A stretch of DNA of 64,000 bases from an uncultured Actinomycetota bacterium (GTDB lineage Bacteria; Actinomycetota; Actinomycetes; Mycobacteriales; Micromonosporaceae), in NCBI GenBank assembly GCA_963850915.1, contig CAWKND010000005.1:559621-623620 (forward strand), written 5' to 3'. The stretch's first letter is position 1; the number at the start of each line of letters is the position of its first letter. The position numbers were made by a program, and so were the translations under genes. Under the pieces are notes generated by a model, which saw only the letters and a program-made list of their open reading frames with translations, searched no databases and was not told the DNA's origin. Shown piece after piece: positions 8,175 through 17,146 of the stretch.

Positions 8175-10060
8175 CGACAGCACACCAGGCCGACGCGGTA
8201 CTCGCCGCCGACGGGCTCTCCGTGGGGTACCGCACTCGCGGCCACCTCACCCAGGTACTCGGCGACGTGTCGGTACGGCTGCGCCCCGGGCAGGTGATCG
8301 GGCTGGCCGGCGAGTCGGGCTCCGGCAAGAGCACGCTCGCCCTGTCGCTCATGGGGTACCGGGCCGGCGGGCAGGAGACCCTCGCCGGGCACGTCGACTT
8401 CGCCGGCCAGAACCTCAGTGCGGCCCAGAACCTCAGTGCGGCGTCGGTGAAGCAGCTGCGCCGGTACTGGGGCAGCCGGCTGGCGTACCTGCCACAGGAC
8501 ACCGCGACCTCGCTCAACCCGGCGCTGACCATCGAACGCCACTTCGTCGAGGGGCTGCGCCGGCACCTGGGGCTGAGCCGGGAGGAGGCGTTGTCGCGCA
8601 GCACGCAGTGGCTGGCGCGGGTGGAGATCCCGCGCCCCGAGCAGGCGCTGCGCCGGTACCCGCACCAGTTCAGCGGCGGGCAGCAGCAGCGCATCGCGCT
8701 GGCCATGGCGCTCGCCTCCGAGCCGGAGGTACTCATCCTCGACGAGCCGACCACCGGCCTCGACGTGGTGACCCAGGCGCACGTCAACCGGCTGATCATC
8801 GCGCTGGCCCGGGACTCCGGCGTGGCCAGCCTGTATGTCAGCCACAACCTGGCGCTGCTGGCCACCGTCTGCGACGAGTTGGCGATCATGTACGCCGGTC
8901 GGATCGTCGAGCGCGGCCCGGCCGGCGAGGTGTACGCCAACCCCCGGCACCCGTACACGGCGGCGCTGATCGCGGCGGTACCGACGATCGAGGCCGACCA
9001 CCCGCCGCGCGGCATCCCGGGCATCCCGCGACTCTCGGTGGCGCACGGGGTCTGCGGCTTCGCCGAGCGCTGCTCCTTCCACGTCGCGGCCTGCGACACC
9101 GACATCCCGCTGCTCCCGGTCGGCGCCGGCCGGGAGGCGCGCTGCGTCCGGGTGGACGAGCTGCCCCCCTTCACCCCGGCCGCGCCAGCCCCGACAGCGC
9201 CCACCCCGGCCGCCGCTGGACTGCGGATACCGGCGCCCCGAACGGAATCGGCCGGTGCTCCGGTACTCGTCGTCGAGGCGCTGCGCTGTGTCTTCGCCCG
9301 GCCCGGGACGGGGGAGCCGTTCGTCGCCGTCGATGACGTGTCCGTGGCGGTACCCGAGGGTGGGGTCCTGGGTATCGCGGGGGAGAGCGGCAGCGGCAAG
9401 TCGACGCTGCTGCGCGCCATCGCCGGCCTGATCGCGCCGGCCGGCGGCGAGATCACCTTCCGCGGCACGGCACTGGCCCCGCTCTCCGGGCAGCGGCCGG
9501 TCGCGCTGCGCCGGGCCATCCAGATCGTCTTCCAGAACCCGGACGCCACCCTCAATCCGCGGCACAGCATCTACCAGTCGCTGGAGCGGCCGCTGAAGCT
9601 GTTCCGACCGGACATCGCCCGCGGTGACCGGCGCGACGCCGTCGCCGAGATGATGCGTCTGGTACGGCTCTCCCCGGACCTGCTCGACCGGTACCCGCGC
9701 AACCTGTCCGGCGGGCAGCGCCAGCGGGTGGCGATCGGCCGGGCACTGCTGGCCGAGCCCGAGGTGCTGCTCTGCGACGAGGTCACCTCGGCGCTGGACG
9801 TGTCAGTACAGGCCTCGATCCTGGAGCTGCTGATCGGACTGCGTGCGGAGCGGGCGTTGACGATCGTGTTCGTCACACACGATCTGGGCGTGCTGCGCAG
9901 CATCGCCGACGACGCGATCATCCTGCAGAACGGCACGGTACGGGAGGCGGGCGCGACAACCCGGCTGCTGCGCGCGCCGGAGCACCCGTACACGCGGGAG
10001 CTGATCGCGGCGGTACCCAGCCCCGAGCAGGCCGGACGTTTCCTCTCCGGGAGGGCCTGA
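8171..10060 (+). CDS. Fused double ABC ATPase (DppD-DppF fusion)
   Basis: Two Walker A motifs (GESGSGKST twice), two signature motifs (FSGGQQQR and LSGGQRQR) and two Walker B motifs (LILDEP and LLCDEV). Confidence 0.9.
   Translation: MTTAHQADAVLAADGLSVGYRTRGHLTQVLGDVSVRLRPGQVIGLAGESGSGKSTLALSLMGYRAGGQETLAGHVDFAGQNLSAAQNLSAASVKQLRRYWGSRLAYLPQDTATSLNPALTIERHFVEGLRRHLGLSREEALSRSTQWLARVEIPRPEQALRRYPHQFSGGQQQRIALAMALASEPEVLILDEPTTGLDVVTQAHVNRLIIALARDSGVASLYVSHNLALLATVCDELAIMYAGRIVERGPAGEVYANPRHPYTAALIAAVPTIEADHPPRGIPGIPRLSVAHGVCGFAERCSFHVAACDTDIPLLPVGAGREARCVRVDELPPFTPAAPAPTAPTPAAAGLRIPAPRTESAGAPVLVVEALRCVFARPGTGEPFVAVDDVSVAVPEGGVLGIAGESGSGKSTLLRAIAGLIAPAGGEITFRGTALAPLSGQRPVALRRAIQIVFQNPDATLNPRHSIYQSLERPLKLFRPDIARGDRRDAVAEMMRLVRLSPDLLDRYPRNLSGGQRQRVAIGRALLAEPEVLLCDEVTSALDVSVQASILELLIGLRAERALTIVFVTHDLGVLRSIADDAIILQNGTVREAGATTRLLRAPEHPYTRELIAAVPSPEQAGRFLSGRA
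8407..8442 (+). repeat. Perfect 18-bp tandem duplication (2 copies), in frame
   Basis: CCAGAACCTCAGTGCGGC occurs twice back to back and encodes the duplicated QNLSAA-QNLSAA inside the first ATPase domain. Confidence 0.9.
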
Positions 10061-11178
10061 TGCATCCGGCCGCCACGGCGCAGTACGAGCCGCTGCCGCG
10101 CAGCTACCTCAACACCGCCGGGTACGGGCTGCCCGGCCGGGGCACCGTGGCGGCGCTGCGTACCGCACTGGACAGCTGGCAGGACGGCTCCGCCGACTGG
10201 ATAGCCGACTGGGACGTGGCGGGGGAGGCGTGCCGTACCGCCGCCGCACCGCTGCTCGGTGCCCCGGCCGACGAGATCGCGCTGCTGCCCGCTGTCTCGG
10301 TCGGTGCCGGTGTGATCCTGGCCGGTCTGCGCCCCGGCGACGAGATCCTGGTACCGCAGGGCGAGTTCGCCTCGATCCTGTTGCCGGCGCTGGTAGCCGG
10401 GCAGGCACGCGGAATCACGGTGCGTCAGGTGCCCTTCGACGCGCTGGCCGACCGGGTGGACGCGCGTACCGCCCTGGTCGCCACCAGCCACGTGCGCTCC
10501 GACGACGGGCGGGTACAGGACCTCGCCGCGGTGGCCGCCGCCGCCCGTACTGTCGGGGCAGCGGTACTGGTGGACGCCACGCACGCCGCCGGCATCCTGC
10601 CCATCGACGCGCAGGCGCTCGGCCTGGACTACGTACTCGTGGCCGCCTACAAGCACCTGCTCTGCCCACGGGGCGTGGCGCTCATGCGGGTGGCGCGGGA
10701 GCGGTGGGAGGTGGTACCCCCGATCGTCGCCTCGTGGCGCTCGGCCGGCGACGCGTACGCCCACTACTACGGCCCGGAGCTGGCCGACCTGGCGCCGACC
10801 GCGGCCCGCTACGATGTCTCGCTCGCCTGGCACGCCTGGGTCGGCGCGCGCCCGGCGCTGGAGTACCTCGGCGCTGTCCCGGCCGGCGAGCGCCGCGACT
10901 GGTGCGTGGGCCTGGCCGAGCAGACGGCGAAGCTGCTGGACCTGCCGGCCACCGGCTCCTCGGTGCTGGCCGTACCGGTCCGCCAACCCGACGAGGTACG
11001 CGCCGCGCTGCGTACCGCCGGCATCGTCACCTCGGTACCGCCGCCCACCCCGGGCAGCCCGTACACCCAGGTCCGGATCTCGTTCCACCTCTACAACGAC
11101 AGCGCGCAGGCGGCCCGGGTGGCCGACGTGCTGGCGCCGTTCGCCCTGCCACCAGCCAGCCGAGGGGATGGGTCATGA
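10060..11178 (+). CDS. Class-V aminotransferase-fold PLP-dependent enzyme
   Basis: Text YLNTAGYGLP..VDATHAAGILPID..LVAAYKHLLCPRG is typical of the class-V fold (cysteine desulfurase/epimerase-like). The start abuts the upstream stop. Confidence 0.75.
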   Translation: MHPAATAQYEPLPRSYLNTAGYGLPGRGTVAALRTALDSWQDGSADWIADWDVAGEACRTAAAPLLGAPADEIALLPAVSVGAGVILAGLRPGDEILVPQGEFASILLPALVAGQARGITVRQVPFDALADRVDARTALVATSHVRSDDGRVQDLAAVAAAARTVGAAVLVDATHAAGILPIDAQALGLDYVLVAAYKHLLCPRGVALMRVARERWEVVPPIVASWRSAGDAYAHYYGPELADLAPTAARYDVSLAWHAWVGARPALEYLGAVPAGERRDWCVGLAEQTAKLLDLPATGSSVLAVPVRQPDEVRAALRTAGIVTSVPPPTPGSPYTQVRISFHLYNDSAQAARVADVLAPFALPPASRGDGS

Positions 11179-12200
11179 GCACCGTCATACAGGTCGAGTA
11201 CGTCGGTGATCTGGCGCCGTACGACTACGAGGAGGGCGTACTCGCCGCTGCCGGGGCGAGCCTGACCGCGGTGCGCTGCGCCGACGCGGACGCGCTCGTC
11301 GAGGCGGCCCGGGACGCGCAGGTGATCTGGCTGGAGTGGACGCCGCACCTGACCCGGGAGGTACTGGGCCGGCTGCCGAAGCTGGGGCTGGCGATCCGGT
11401 GGGGCGTCGGGTACGAGCAGATCGACGTGGCCGCGGCCACCGAGCTGGGCATCGCGGTGGCCAACGCTCCCTCGTACTGCACGCCGGACGTGGCCGAGCA
11501 CGCGGTGGCGTTGATCATGGCGATGTCCCGCCAGGTCGTGTACCGCGACAGGCAGAGCCAGCAGGGGCTGTGGCGGCACGGTCCGGCGCCGTACACCAGG
11601 CTCGCCGGCAGCACCATCGGCGTGCTCGGGCTGGGCCGCATCGGCCGGCACGTGGCCCGCCTCGGCGCCGCGTTCGGCGCCCGGGTACTGGGTCACGACC
11701 CGCTGGTGTCCACTGTGGACGGTGACGTGACACTCGTCGACTTCGATGAACTGCTGCGCGAGTCCGACTTCATCAGCGTGCACGTACCGCTCTCCGACGC
11801 GACCCGCTATCTGTTCAACGCCGCCACGCTGGCCCGGCTCAAGCCCACCGCCGTGCTGGTGAACACCAGCCGCGGCGGGGTGATCGAGCAGGCCGCGCTG
11901 GTCGAGGCGCTGGACGCCGGCCGCCTCGGCGGCGCCGCGCTGGACGTCTTCGAGCAGGAGCCGCTGCCGGCCCAGAACCCGCTGCGCGGCCGGGACAACG
12001 TCATCCTCACTCCGCACGAGGCGGCCAACTCGCCGCAGAGCCTGCGCGACATCCGCCGCGAGGTCTGCACCGCCACCGTCGAGTGGCTGAGCACCGGCTG
12101 GACGGACAGCATCGTCAACCCGCAGATCCGGGGGTACGCCCGTGGTCCGGCCGGCGTGCCTGCCGGCGACGCGAGCGGGCGGGGGACCGGCGCATGGTGA
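11175..12200 (+). CDS. D-isomer-specific 2-hydroxyacid dehydrogenase family protein
   Basis: NAD-binding motif GVLGLGRIGRHVA, with catalytic contexts VNTSRGGVI, LDVFEQEP and LTPHEA. ATGA overlap with the upstream gene. The long N-terminal extension in track ORF 10230 is discarded. Confidence 0.85.
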   Translation: MSTVIQVEYVGDLAPYDYEEGVLAAAGASLTAVRCADADALVEAARDAQVIWLEWTPHLTREVLGRLPKLGLAIRWGVGYEQIDVAAATELGIAVANAPSYCTPDVAEHAVALIMAMSRQVVYRDRQSQQGLWRHGPAPYTRLAGSTIGVLGLGRIGRHVARLGAAFGARVLGHDPLVSTVDGDVTLVDFDELLRESDFISVHVPLSDATRYLFNAATLARLKPTAVLVNTSRGGVIEQAALVEALDAGRLGGAALDVFEQEPLPAQNPLRGRDNVILTPHEAANSPQSLRDIRREVCTATVEWLSTGWTDSIVNPQIRGYARGPAGVPAGDASGRGTGAW

Positions 12201-13309
12201 GGCGGGTACTGGCCCAGGGCGGCGAGGTCATCGTCCGGGAGGTACCGGCGCCCGAGCCCGGCCCGGGTGACGTACTGGTCCGCCCGCGCTACTCGGTGAT
12301 CAGTCCGGGTACCGAGCGCTCCATCGTGCTGGCCACCCGGATCAGTACCGCCGCCGCGCACGAGTACCCGCACCCCGGCTTCCAGTGGCGTACCGTCCGC
12401 TCGACCGGCGTGCGCCAACCGGGCCGGCTGCCCGCGATGCCGCCCAGTGACGCCGCCTCCCTCGGGTACAGCCTCGCCGGTACCGTCGTCGCGGTCGGTG
12501 CCGACGTACTCGACCTGCACCCGGGGGACCTGGTCGCGTGCAGTGGCAGCCAGTGCGCGTACCACTGCGAGCTGGTCGCCGTGCCCCGCAACCTGACCAC
12601 GCCGGTACCCGACGGGGTGGCGATGGACGCCGCCGCGCACGTGACGCTCGGCGCGATCTGCATGGAAGCGTTGCGCCGCACCAACTGTGCCTTCGGCGAG
12701 ACGGTCGCGATCCTCGGCTCCGGCATGCTCGGCCTGCTCATCGCCCAACTCGCCGCCGCCGCCGGTATCTACGTGGTGGCCGTGGACACCAACCCCGAGC
12801 GGCTGGCCTTGGCGCGTGGCTACGGCGCGGTGGCCACGCTGGCCGGTACCGACCCGGCGGGGATCGAGCAGGCGCGCGCGGTGACCGGCGGCTTCGGCGT
12901 GGACGGGGTCATCGTGGCCGCCGCCGACCCCTCCAGTGACCTGGTCAACTTCGGCTTCGACCTGCTGCGCCCGGGCGGGCGCGTGGTGGCCCTCGGCGAC
13001 TTCGGCATGAACATCGACCGGCGCCGCTTCTTCGGGGCGCAGGCCACCTTCGTGCCCTCGATCGCCTACGGGCCGGGCCGCTACGACCCGGTGTACGAGG
13101 AGAACAACATCGACCTGCCGATCAGCGTGGTCCGCTGGACCGAGAACCGGAACATGGCGCTGTTCCTGCGGATGCTCGCCGAGGGGCGGGTACGGCTGGA
13201 CGGGCTGCCGGCCGTACGGGTACCGCTGCACGACGCGTCCCGGGCGTACGCGGCCCTCTTCGAGGACACCACGCCACTGACCGGGGTGCTGGACTTCGGC
13301 GATGGCTGA
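12194..13309 (+). CDS. Medium-chain (zinc-type) alcohol dehydrogenase family oxidoreductase
   Basis: GroES-like N-terminus PGDVLVRPRYSVISPGTE and Rossmann motif ILGSGMLGLL. ATG 12194 lies just before the upstream stop. Confidence 0.75.
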   Translation: MVRRVLAQGGEVIVREVPAPEPGPGDVLVRPRYSVISPGTERSIVLATRISTAAAHEYPHPGFQWRTVRSTGVRQPGRLPAMPPSDAASLGYSLAGTVVAVGADVLDLHPGDLVACSGSQCAYHCELVAVPRNLTTPVPDGVAMDAAAHVTLGAICMEALRRTNCAFGETVAILGSGMLGLLIAQLAAAAGIYVVAVDTNPERLALARGYGAVATLAGTDPAGIEQARAVTGGFGVDGVIVAAADPSSDLVNFGFDLLRPGGRVVALGDFGMNIDRRRFFGAQATFVPSIAYGPGRYDPVYEENNIDLPISVVRWTENRNMALFLRMLAEGRVRLDGLPAVRVPLHDASRAYAALFEDTTPLTGVLDFGDG

Positions 13310-15352
13310 GGCGCGGGCGACCGCCCCGCGCGAACCGGACGCCGCCGCGCCCGCGCCCGCTGCGCCGGCCCCGGCAACTCCCGCCGACAGGGACGCGGGA
13401 TCGGCGGCCGGGTTCCTCTTCGCACTGCGCTGGCTGGCCGAGCCGGCCCTCTCCCCGGCCGGCGATCGGGTGGCCTACACCGAGACCCGGCTGGACCGGG
13501 CCGGCGACCGGATGGCGTCCCGGGTCGGAGTGGTCGACAGCGGCAGCTTCGACACCGGTGGCATCGACACCGGCGGTGGGGCCACTCGGTGGCTGGCCGA
13601 GGGGCACACGCCGCGCTGGTCGCCGGATGGCCGCGAACTCGCCGTCGCGTGCGGTGGCGAGCTGTGGCTGGTCGAGGTCGACTCGGGCGTACAGCGGGAA
13701 CTGGTCGCCGGGCCGGGCGCGGTGAGCGAGCCGGTCTGGTCACCCGACGGCCGGTCGATCGCGTACGCGCGCACCGTGTTTGAGTCGGCGCCCGAGGGAG
13801 ATCCGGTCGACGGGCTGCCCGGCCTGTTTCTGCGGCAGCGCACCGTGGTCGTTGTCGACCCGGCCGGCTGTCCACAGTGGACGGTGCCCGGCGACGCGTA
13901 CCATCCCCGCTGGTCACCAACTGGCGCCCGGTTGGCGTACCTGACCGCGGACGCCGGCCGGTGGCCCGCACTGTGCTGGATCGACGTACTGGAGCCAGAT
14001 TCGCCCGTCGTGGTCGGCGACGAGGCCGGGCCGGTACGCGGCTTCGCCTGGAGCCCCGACGGCGAACACCTGGCCTACCTGGGGCACCGGCACGGCGACG
14101 CCACCGACGTGAACCTGCGACTGTGGCTGGCATCCGGGCTGACCACCGGCCGCCTGGCCACCCGTGAGCTGTCCGAGGGGTGGCGACTCGGGCTGGGCAA
14201 TCCGGTGCGCGGCGACGACCCCCGGGGTACCGGCGACGCTCGGTGGTGTGGTCGGCGGCACCGGCCGCATCTACGTCGAGGTCGCCGACGGCGGCCGCGG
14301 CCCACTCGCCTGGTTCGCCGCCGCCGCCCCCCCGCCGCCCCCCCGGCACTGCCGAGGGCGGGATCGGCAGCGGGCTGTTGTTCGTGGGCGACCACGTGTG
14401 CCTTGCGCCGTCGGTGGGCGGCGGCCGGCTGGCGTACGTCCGTACCGACCCCGACAACCCCGGGGACATCGTGGTGGCTGCCGAGGCCGGGACTGCTCAG
14501 AGCCGGCTCACCGACGCCAACGGGTGGCTCGCCGGCCGTACGGCACCTACGACGCTGGTACCGGTGACCGCGCCGGACGGTACCCCGGTCGAGGCCTGGC
14601 TGACCGCCGCGCCCGGTACCGGCGCCCGACCGTTGCTGGTCAACGTGCACGGCGGCCCGCACGGCGCGGTGGGCTGGCGGTTCACCGGGGAGACCCAGCG
14701 GCTCGCCGCGCAGGGGTACGCGGTACTCAGCCTCAACCCGCGCGGCAGCCAGGGGTACGGCGAGGAGTACTCCACCGCGATCCGTGACGGGTGGGGCGGC
14801 ACCGACTGGTCGGACGTCTGCGCCGCAGTCGACGCGGCGGTCGCACTGTCCACAGTGGACGATCAGCGGGTGGCGATCTGGGGGGTCAGCTACGGCGGCT
14901 TCATGGCACAGTGGGCGATCACCCGTACCGACCGGTTCGCCGCGGCGGTCAGCGAGAACGGGATCAGCGACTTCAGCGGCTGGTCGGGTACCGCCCGGTT
15001 CCAGGAAGCCTCGCCGCTCGCCCATGCCGACCGGGTGACCACACCGCTGCTGCTCCTGCACGCCGAGGACGACCAGGTGTGCCCGGTGGCGCAGAGCGAA
15101 CAGGCCGCGGCGGCGCTGGGCCGGCTCAGCCGGAGCGTCGAGCTGGTCCGGATTCCCGGCGAGGGGCACCTGATGAACCTGGTCGGCCGCCCCTCCAGTC
15201 GGCTGCGCCGGGCCGCCGCGCTGGACCTGTTCCTGGCACAGCACCTCTTCCCGGCACGGCACCGCTTCCCGCCACAACTGCCCTTCCCGCCACAACTGCC
15301 CTTGCCGGCAGCGCGGCTCGGCACGGTACCCGACGAAGGGTTGGCGCCGTGA
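13302..15352 (+). pseudogene. S9 family (prolyl oligopeptidase/acylaminoacyl-peptidase type) serine peptidase. The reading frame changes twice.
   Basis: The N-terminal beta-propeller has WSPDG-type repeats. The C-terminal hydrolase domain has GVSYGG (Ser), LLLLHAEDD (Asp) and GEGH (His). The frame goes from 13302 to 14164 to 14180, with switches at about 14215-14245 and inside the two C7 runs at 14327-14344. Confidence 0.7.
15247..15306 (+). repeat. Approximately 3.3 copies of an 18-bp tandem repeat in the C-terminal tail of the S9 peptidase
   Basis: CTTCCCGCCACAACTGCC is perfect twice (15265-15300) and is flanked by degenerate copies. It encodes FPPQLPFPPQLP. Confidence 0.75.
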
Positions 15353-15402
15353 CCCGGCTGCCGGCGGCCCGGGGTCGGCCGGCGATCCGTGCCCGGCTGG
15401 TG

Positions 15403-16281
15403 TCAGACGGCGGCGGCCCGGGCGGTGGCGCGCTCGCCGGCCGGCGCGACACAGCGCTGCCGGATCGCACCGATACCTTCGATCCGGCTCACCACCTCGT
15501 CACCGGGGCGCAGGTAGACCGGCGGGGTGCGACCCGAGCCGACCCCCTCCGGGGTACCGGTGAAGATGAGGTCACCCGGCAGCAGCGGGCAGACATGGGA
15601 CAGGCGGGAGATCAGCGCCGGTACCGACAGGATCATGTCCCGGGTCCGCCCCGACTGCATCACTTCGCCGTTGACGAGGCACTCCAGCGACAGGTCGTCG
15701 ACCGCGTCGAACTCGTCCGGCGTGACCAGCCAGGGGCCGGTCGGTCCGAAGCCGGGGAAGGACTTGCCGAGACTGAACTGTGGCGTCTCGCCGAGGCTCT
15801 GTACCCGCCGCTCGGAGTAGTCCTGCCCGACGGTGAGTCCGGCGACGTACTGCCACGCCTGCTCAACGGGGACGGCCTCGGCCCGGGTCCCGATGACCAC
15901 GACCAGCTCCACCTCCCAGTCGACCCGGTCACCCGGGATGCTCAGTTCTCCGTGTGGCCCGGTGATGCAGCTCGGGAACTTGGTGAAGGTGACCGGTACC
16001 TCCGGCACCGCGTACCCCGATTCCAGGGCGTGCGCGCCGTAGTTGAGGCCGATCGCGAATACCTGGGACGGGTACGGCGACGGGGCACCGAGGCTCGACT
16101 CGTCGACCGGTCGGGGTGCGACCGCGCCGTTGATGTCCTGTGCCCACGCCCGAAGCTCAGCCCAGCGCGGATACGCGGCAGCCGGGTCGGCGGCGAAGCG
16201 GCCCGCGCTGGCGTGTTCGACATCGATGCCACCGGCGTCGGTGAGGATGGTCAGCCGCCCGCCGACGTTCGCGATCCGCAT
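15403..16281 (-). CDS. Fumarylacetoacetate hydrolase (FAH) family protein
   Basis: Text FAIGLNYGAHALE, ELVVVIG, KSFPGFGPTGPW and GDLIFTGTPEGVG is typical of FAH/2-keto-4-pentenoate hydratase-like enzymes. Confidence 0.85.
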   Translation of the reverse strand: MRIANVGGRLTILTDAGGIDVEHASAGRFAADPAAAYPRWAELRAWAQDINGAVAPRPVDESSLGAPSPYPSQVFAIGLNYGAHALESGYAVPEVPVTFTKFPSCITGPHGELSIPGDRVDWEVELVVVIGTRAEAVPVEQAWQYVAGLTVGQDYSERRVQSLGETPQFSLGKSFPGFGPTGPWLVTPDEFDAVDDLSLECLVNGEVMQSGRTRDMILSVPALISRLSHVCPLLPGDLIFTGTPEGVGSGRTPPVYLRPGDEVVSRIEGIGAIRQRCVAPAGERATARAAAV

Positions 16282-16349
16282 GGCCGCTCCTTGCTTCCTG
16301 GGCTCGATGACTTGCTGGCCTTGGTGGTGGCTACAGAATCACGCGCGTA

Positions 16350-16381
16350 GGTTCGATCAGTCAAGATATTTTCGAAAACTA
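16350..16381 (-). promoter_or_regulatory. Promoter/operator of the FAH gene, with the same layout as 3433-3462
   Basis: The minus strand reads TAGTTTTCGAAAATATC-TTGACT-GA-TCGAACC, compared with GATTCGAAAATCTA-TTGACA-CG-TCGAATTG at the operon promoter. Confidence 0.5.
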
Positions 16382-16421
16382 GTGCAAATTTCATTGGCGC
16401 TTTCCAACAGCGAAAACCCGG

Positions 16422-17042
16422 CTACTGCGGCTTGGTGGCCCCACGACTCCGGTGCCTGCGGATGCTCCACACCACGAGGGCGATGACGACCAGCGCGGCG
16501 ACCACGAGTGCCGCGGTACGCCCGAAGACGCGCTCGATGGCCTGGTACGAGTCGCCGGCGAGGTAGCCGAGGAGTACGCAGCCGGTACCCCAGATCGCGC
16601 CGCCGACGGCGTTGTAGGCCAGGAATTTCCGGTAGCGCATGTGCGAGGTACCGGCCAGGAACGGGGTCACCGCGCGCAGGAACGCCACGAACCGGCCCAG
16701 GAACACCGCCGGTCCACCACGGCGGGCAAGGGTGTCCCGGGCAGCGTCAATCCGATCCGCGCGCTTGTGTAGTACCGGCAGCGCGAGCAGCCGTACGCCG
16801 TAGCGGCTGCCGACCTCGTACCCGACGCTGTCGCCGAGGATCGCCGCCACGACCACCACGACGCACATCACCACGACGGAGACGTTTCCCCGGCTGGCCG
16901 CGACGCCACCGAGGATGGCGGCGGTCTCGCCGGGTAGTACGAAGCCGACGAAGAGCGCGTCCTCGGCGAAGACCAGGAGCCCCACCGCGAGGTACACCAC
17001 GGCCGGGGGCAGGTTCAGCAGCTGGTCCAGGAACCTGGTCAT
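16422..17042 (-). CDS. DedA/VTT-family membrane protein
   Basis: Text FVGFVLPGETAAILGG and FLGRFVAFLRAVTPFLAG is typical of DedA, with several TM helices. Confidence 0.8.
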   Translation of the reverse strand: MTRFLDQLLNLPPAVVYLAVGLLVFAEDALFVGFVLPGETAAILGGVAASRGNVSVVVMCVVVVVAAILGDSVGYEVGSRYGVRLLALPVLHKRADRIDAARDTLARRGGPAVFLGRFVAFLRAVTPFLAGTSHMRYRKFLAYNAVGGAIWGTGCVLLGYLAGDSYQAIERVFGRTAALVVAALVVIALVVWSIRRHRSRGATKPQ

Positions 17043-17118
17043 CGCCCGGCCACCAGTAGGGCGGACATAGCAGTTCCGCTCCGATCCACTACGGGGTCTT
17101 TGTCATAGTAGATCGGAG

Positions 17119-17137
17119 GGCCGGGTACTGCCCGGCC
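17119..17137 (-). terminator. Possible hairpin terminator after the MFS gene
   Basis: GGCCGGG-TACTG-CCCGGCC forms a 7-bp GC stem, 10 nt past the MFS stop. There is no U-tract. Confidence 0.3.
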
Positions 17138-17146
17138 GGCGCCCCA

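Noticed and set aside
10230-12200. A 656-aa ORF that would fuse a long N-terminal region to the 2-hydroxyacid dehydrogenase.
   Set aside because: The N-terminal 315 aa are out-of-frame readthrough of the aminotransferase gene. A start at 11175 with an ATGA overlap gives a normal-length dehydrogenase.
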